DNA of 64,000 nt from assembly GCA_046563655.1 (NCBI GenBank), contig CM102284.1, forward strand, positions 3,410,001-3,474,000, in the 5' to 3' direction. Below the pieces are notes generated by a model. The model was not told where the DNA came from and made no database searches. It saw only the letters and a list, made by a program, of their open reading frames with translations. A program made the translations under genes and the position numbers. Below, piece by piece: positions 63,301-64,000 of this stretch; positions within the stretch are counted from its first letter, which is position 1, and each line of letters starts with the position of its first letter. The DNA is from Yuukianura sp. NJ FZ-2021 (taxonomy: Eukaryota).

Positions 63301-64000
63301 GTGCTTTCTCCGAACTTTCCTTCGTCATCTTCCAATTCGTGTCTGAGACGTGACAACAGTTCTTAAACATAAGCTGAAACACCGCAATACAGCGAGAACT
63401 TATAATCTCTTGTTTAGCAAACTAGGCATCCATGTTGCTGATTCTACTAAAGCGCAATCACTGCTTAACATGTATAGTACCTCAATTGATTCTTGTGCTT
63501 TTACAAACAGGAATGTGAAAAGTCGCTGAAGTTCAAAGCAGACTTCATCGCGAAGTTAGAATCCAAATCTGCGGTCTTGACCGAGACAATTGAGAGACTT
63601 GATGAAAAGTAGGTTATTGTTTTTAATGCAAAACTAAAATTTAGCCTCTGGTAAACCAAAAATTGAACATTTAAACTGTTTCCATTGTTCTTACTCGCCT
63701 CAAACTGACTAATTCCGACAAAGCGTAAACCAACCTTTGTTAGACAAAACTTAATAAAATGTTGACTTAAAGCGAAAAACAATTCTGAAAAAGCATCTTG
63801 AAATTAATTATTCATCATTTTTGGTTCCTCATATTTAAACAAATTTTTCTTTTATCCTATTTTTGGTTTGCCACGATATTTTATATTTTTATTTTTTAGG
63901 CTTGAACTTTTTTTGTATTATTTTGAATTTGATTTTTTTTTCTGTAAAGAATTGCTGCTGGAGAGGCGGAACTCAAATCCTCGCACGAAATCATGAGGAA
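60312..64000 (+). CDS. RUFY: RUN and FYVE domain-containing protein (RUFY1/2/3-like), 5' part; continues past the window end
   Basis: [17 protein letters not shown]...[83 protein letters not shown]; alternative exon [19 protein letters not shown]. Confidence 0.92.

Overview
Gene-dense, AT-rich eukaryotic (animal, almost certainly arthropod) DNA with short ~55-90 bp GT-AG introns. A compact hexapod/collembolan-like genome is my inference, not verified. Gene order: TYW1 (3' end, +), ABCF3 (+), MPC1 (+), SOD2 (-), R3HDM4 (-), Brachyury (+), PHB1 (-), GTF2H1 (+), R7-family RGS (-), ALYREF (+), MOB1 (+), RBM22 (-), three tandem gustatory-receptor-like genes (-), a GT10 alpha-1,3-fucosyltransferase (+), alpha-SNAP (-), COPS6 (-), a type I FAS-like megasynthase (-), and RUFY (+, runs off the window). 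At least seven non-autonomous DNA transposons were delimited from their TIRs, most with TSDs, including an 880-bp near-perfect foldback palindrome. Main points of interest: (1) the FAS-like gene ends at the ACP with no thioesterase, has a shortened pseudo-methyltransferase region, and has Lys instead of the malonyl-binding Arg in its MAT domain; (2) MPC1, SOD2 and Brachyury are clustered, echoing their linkage in mammals; (3) the RGS has PDE-gamma-like CPW[ED] motifs; (4) RUFY has alternative first exons and duplicated internal/terminal exons. No rRNA, tRNA or CRISPR was recognised. Multi-exon CDS coordinates are start-to-stop spans read by eye.
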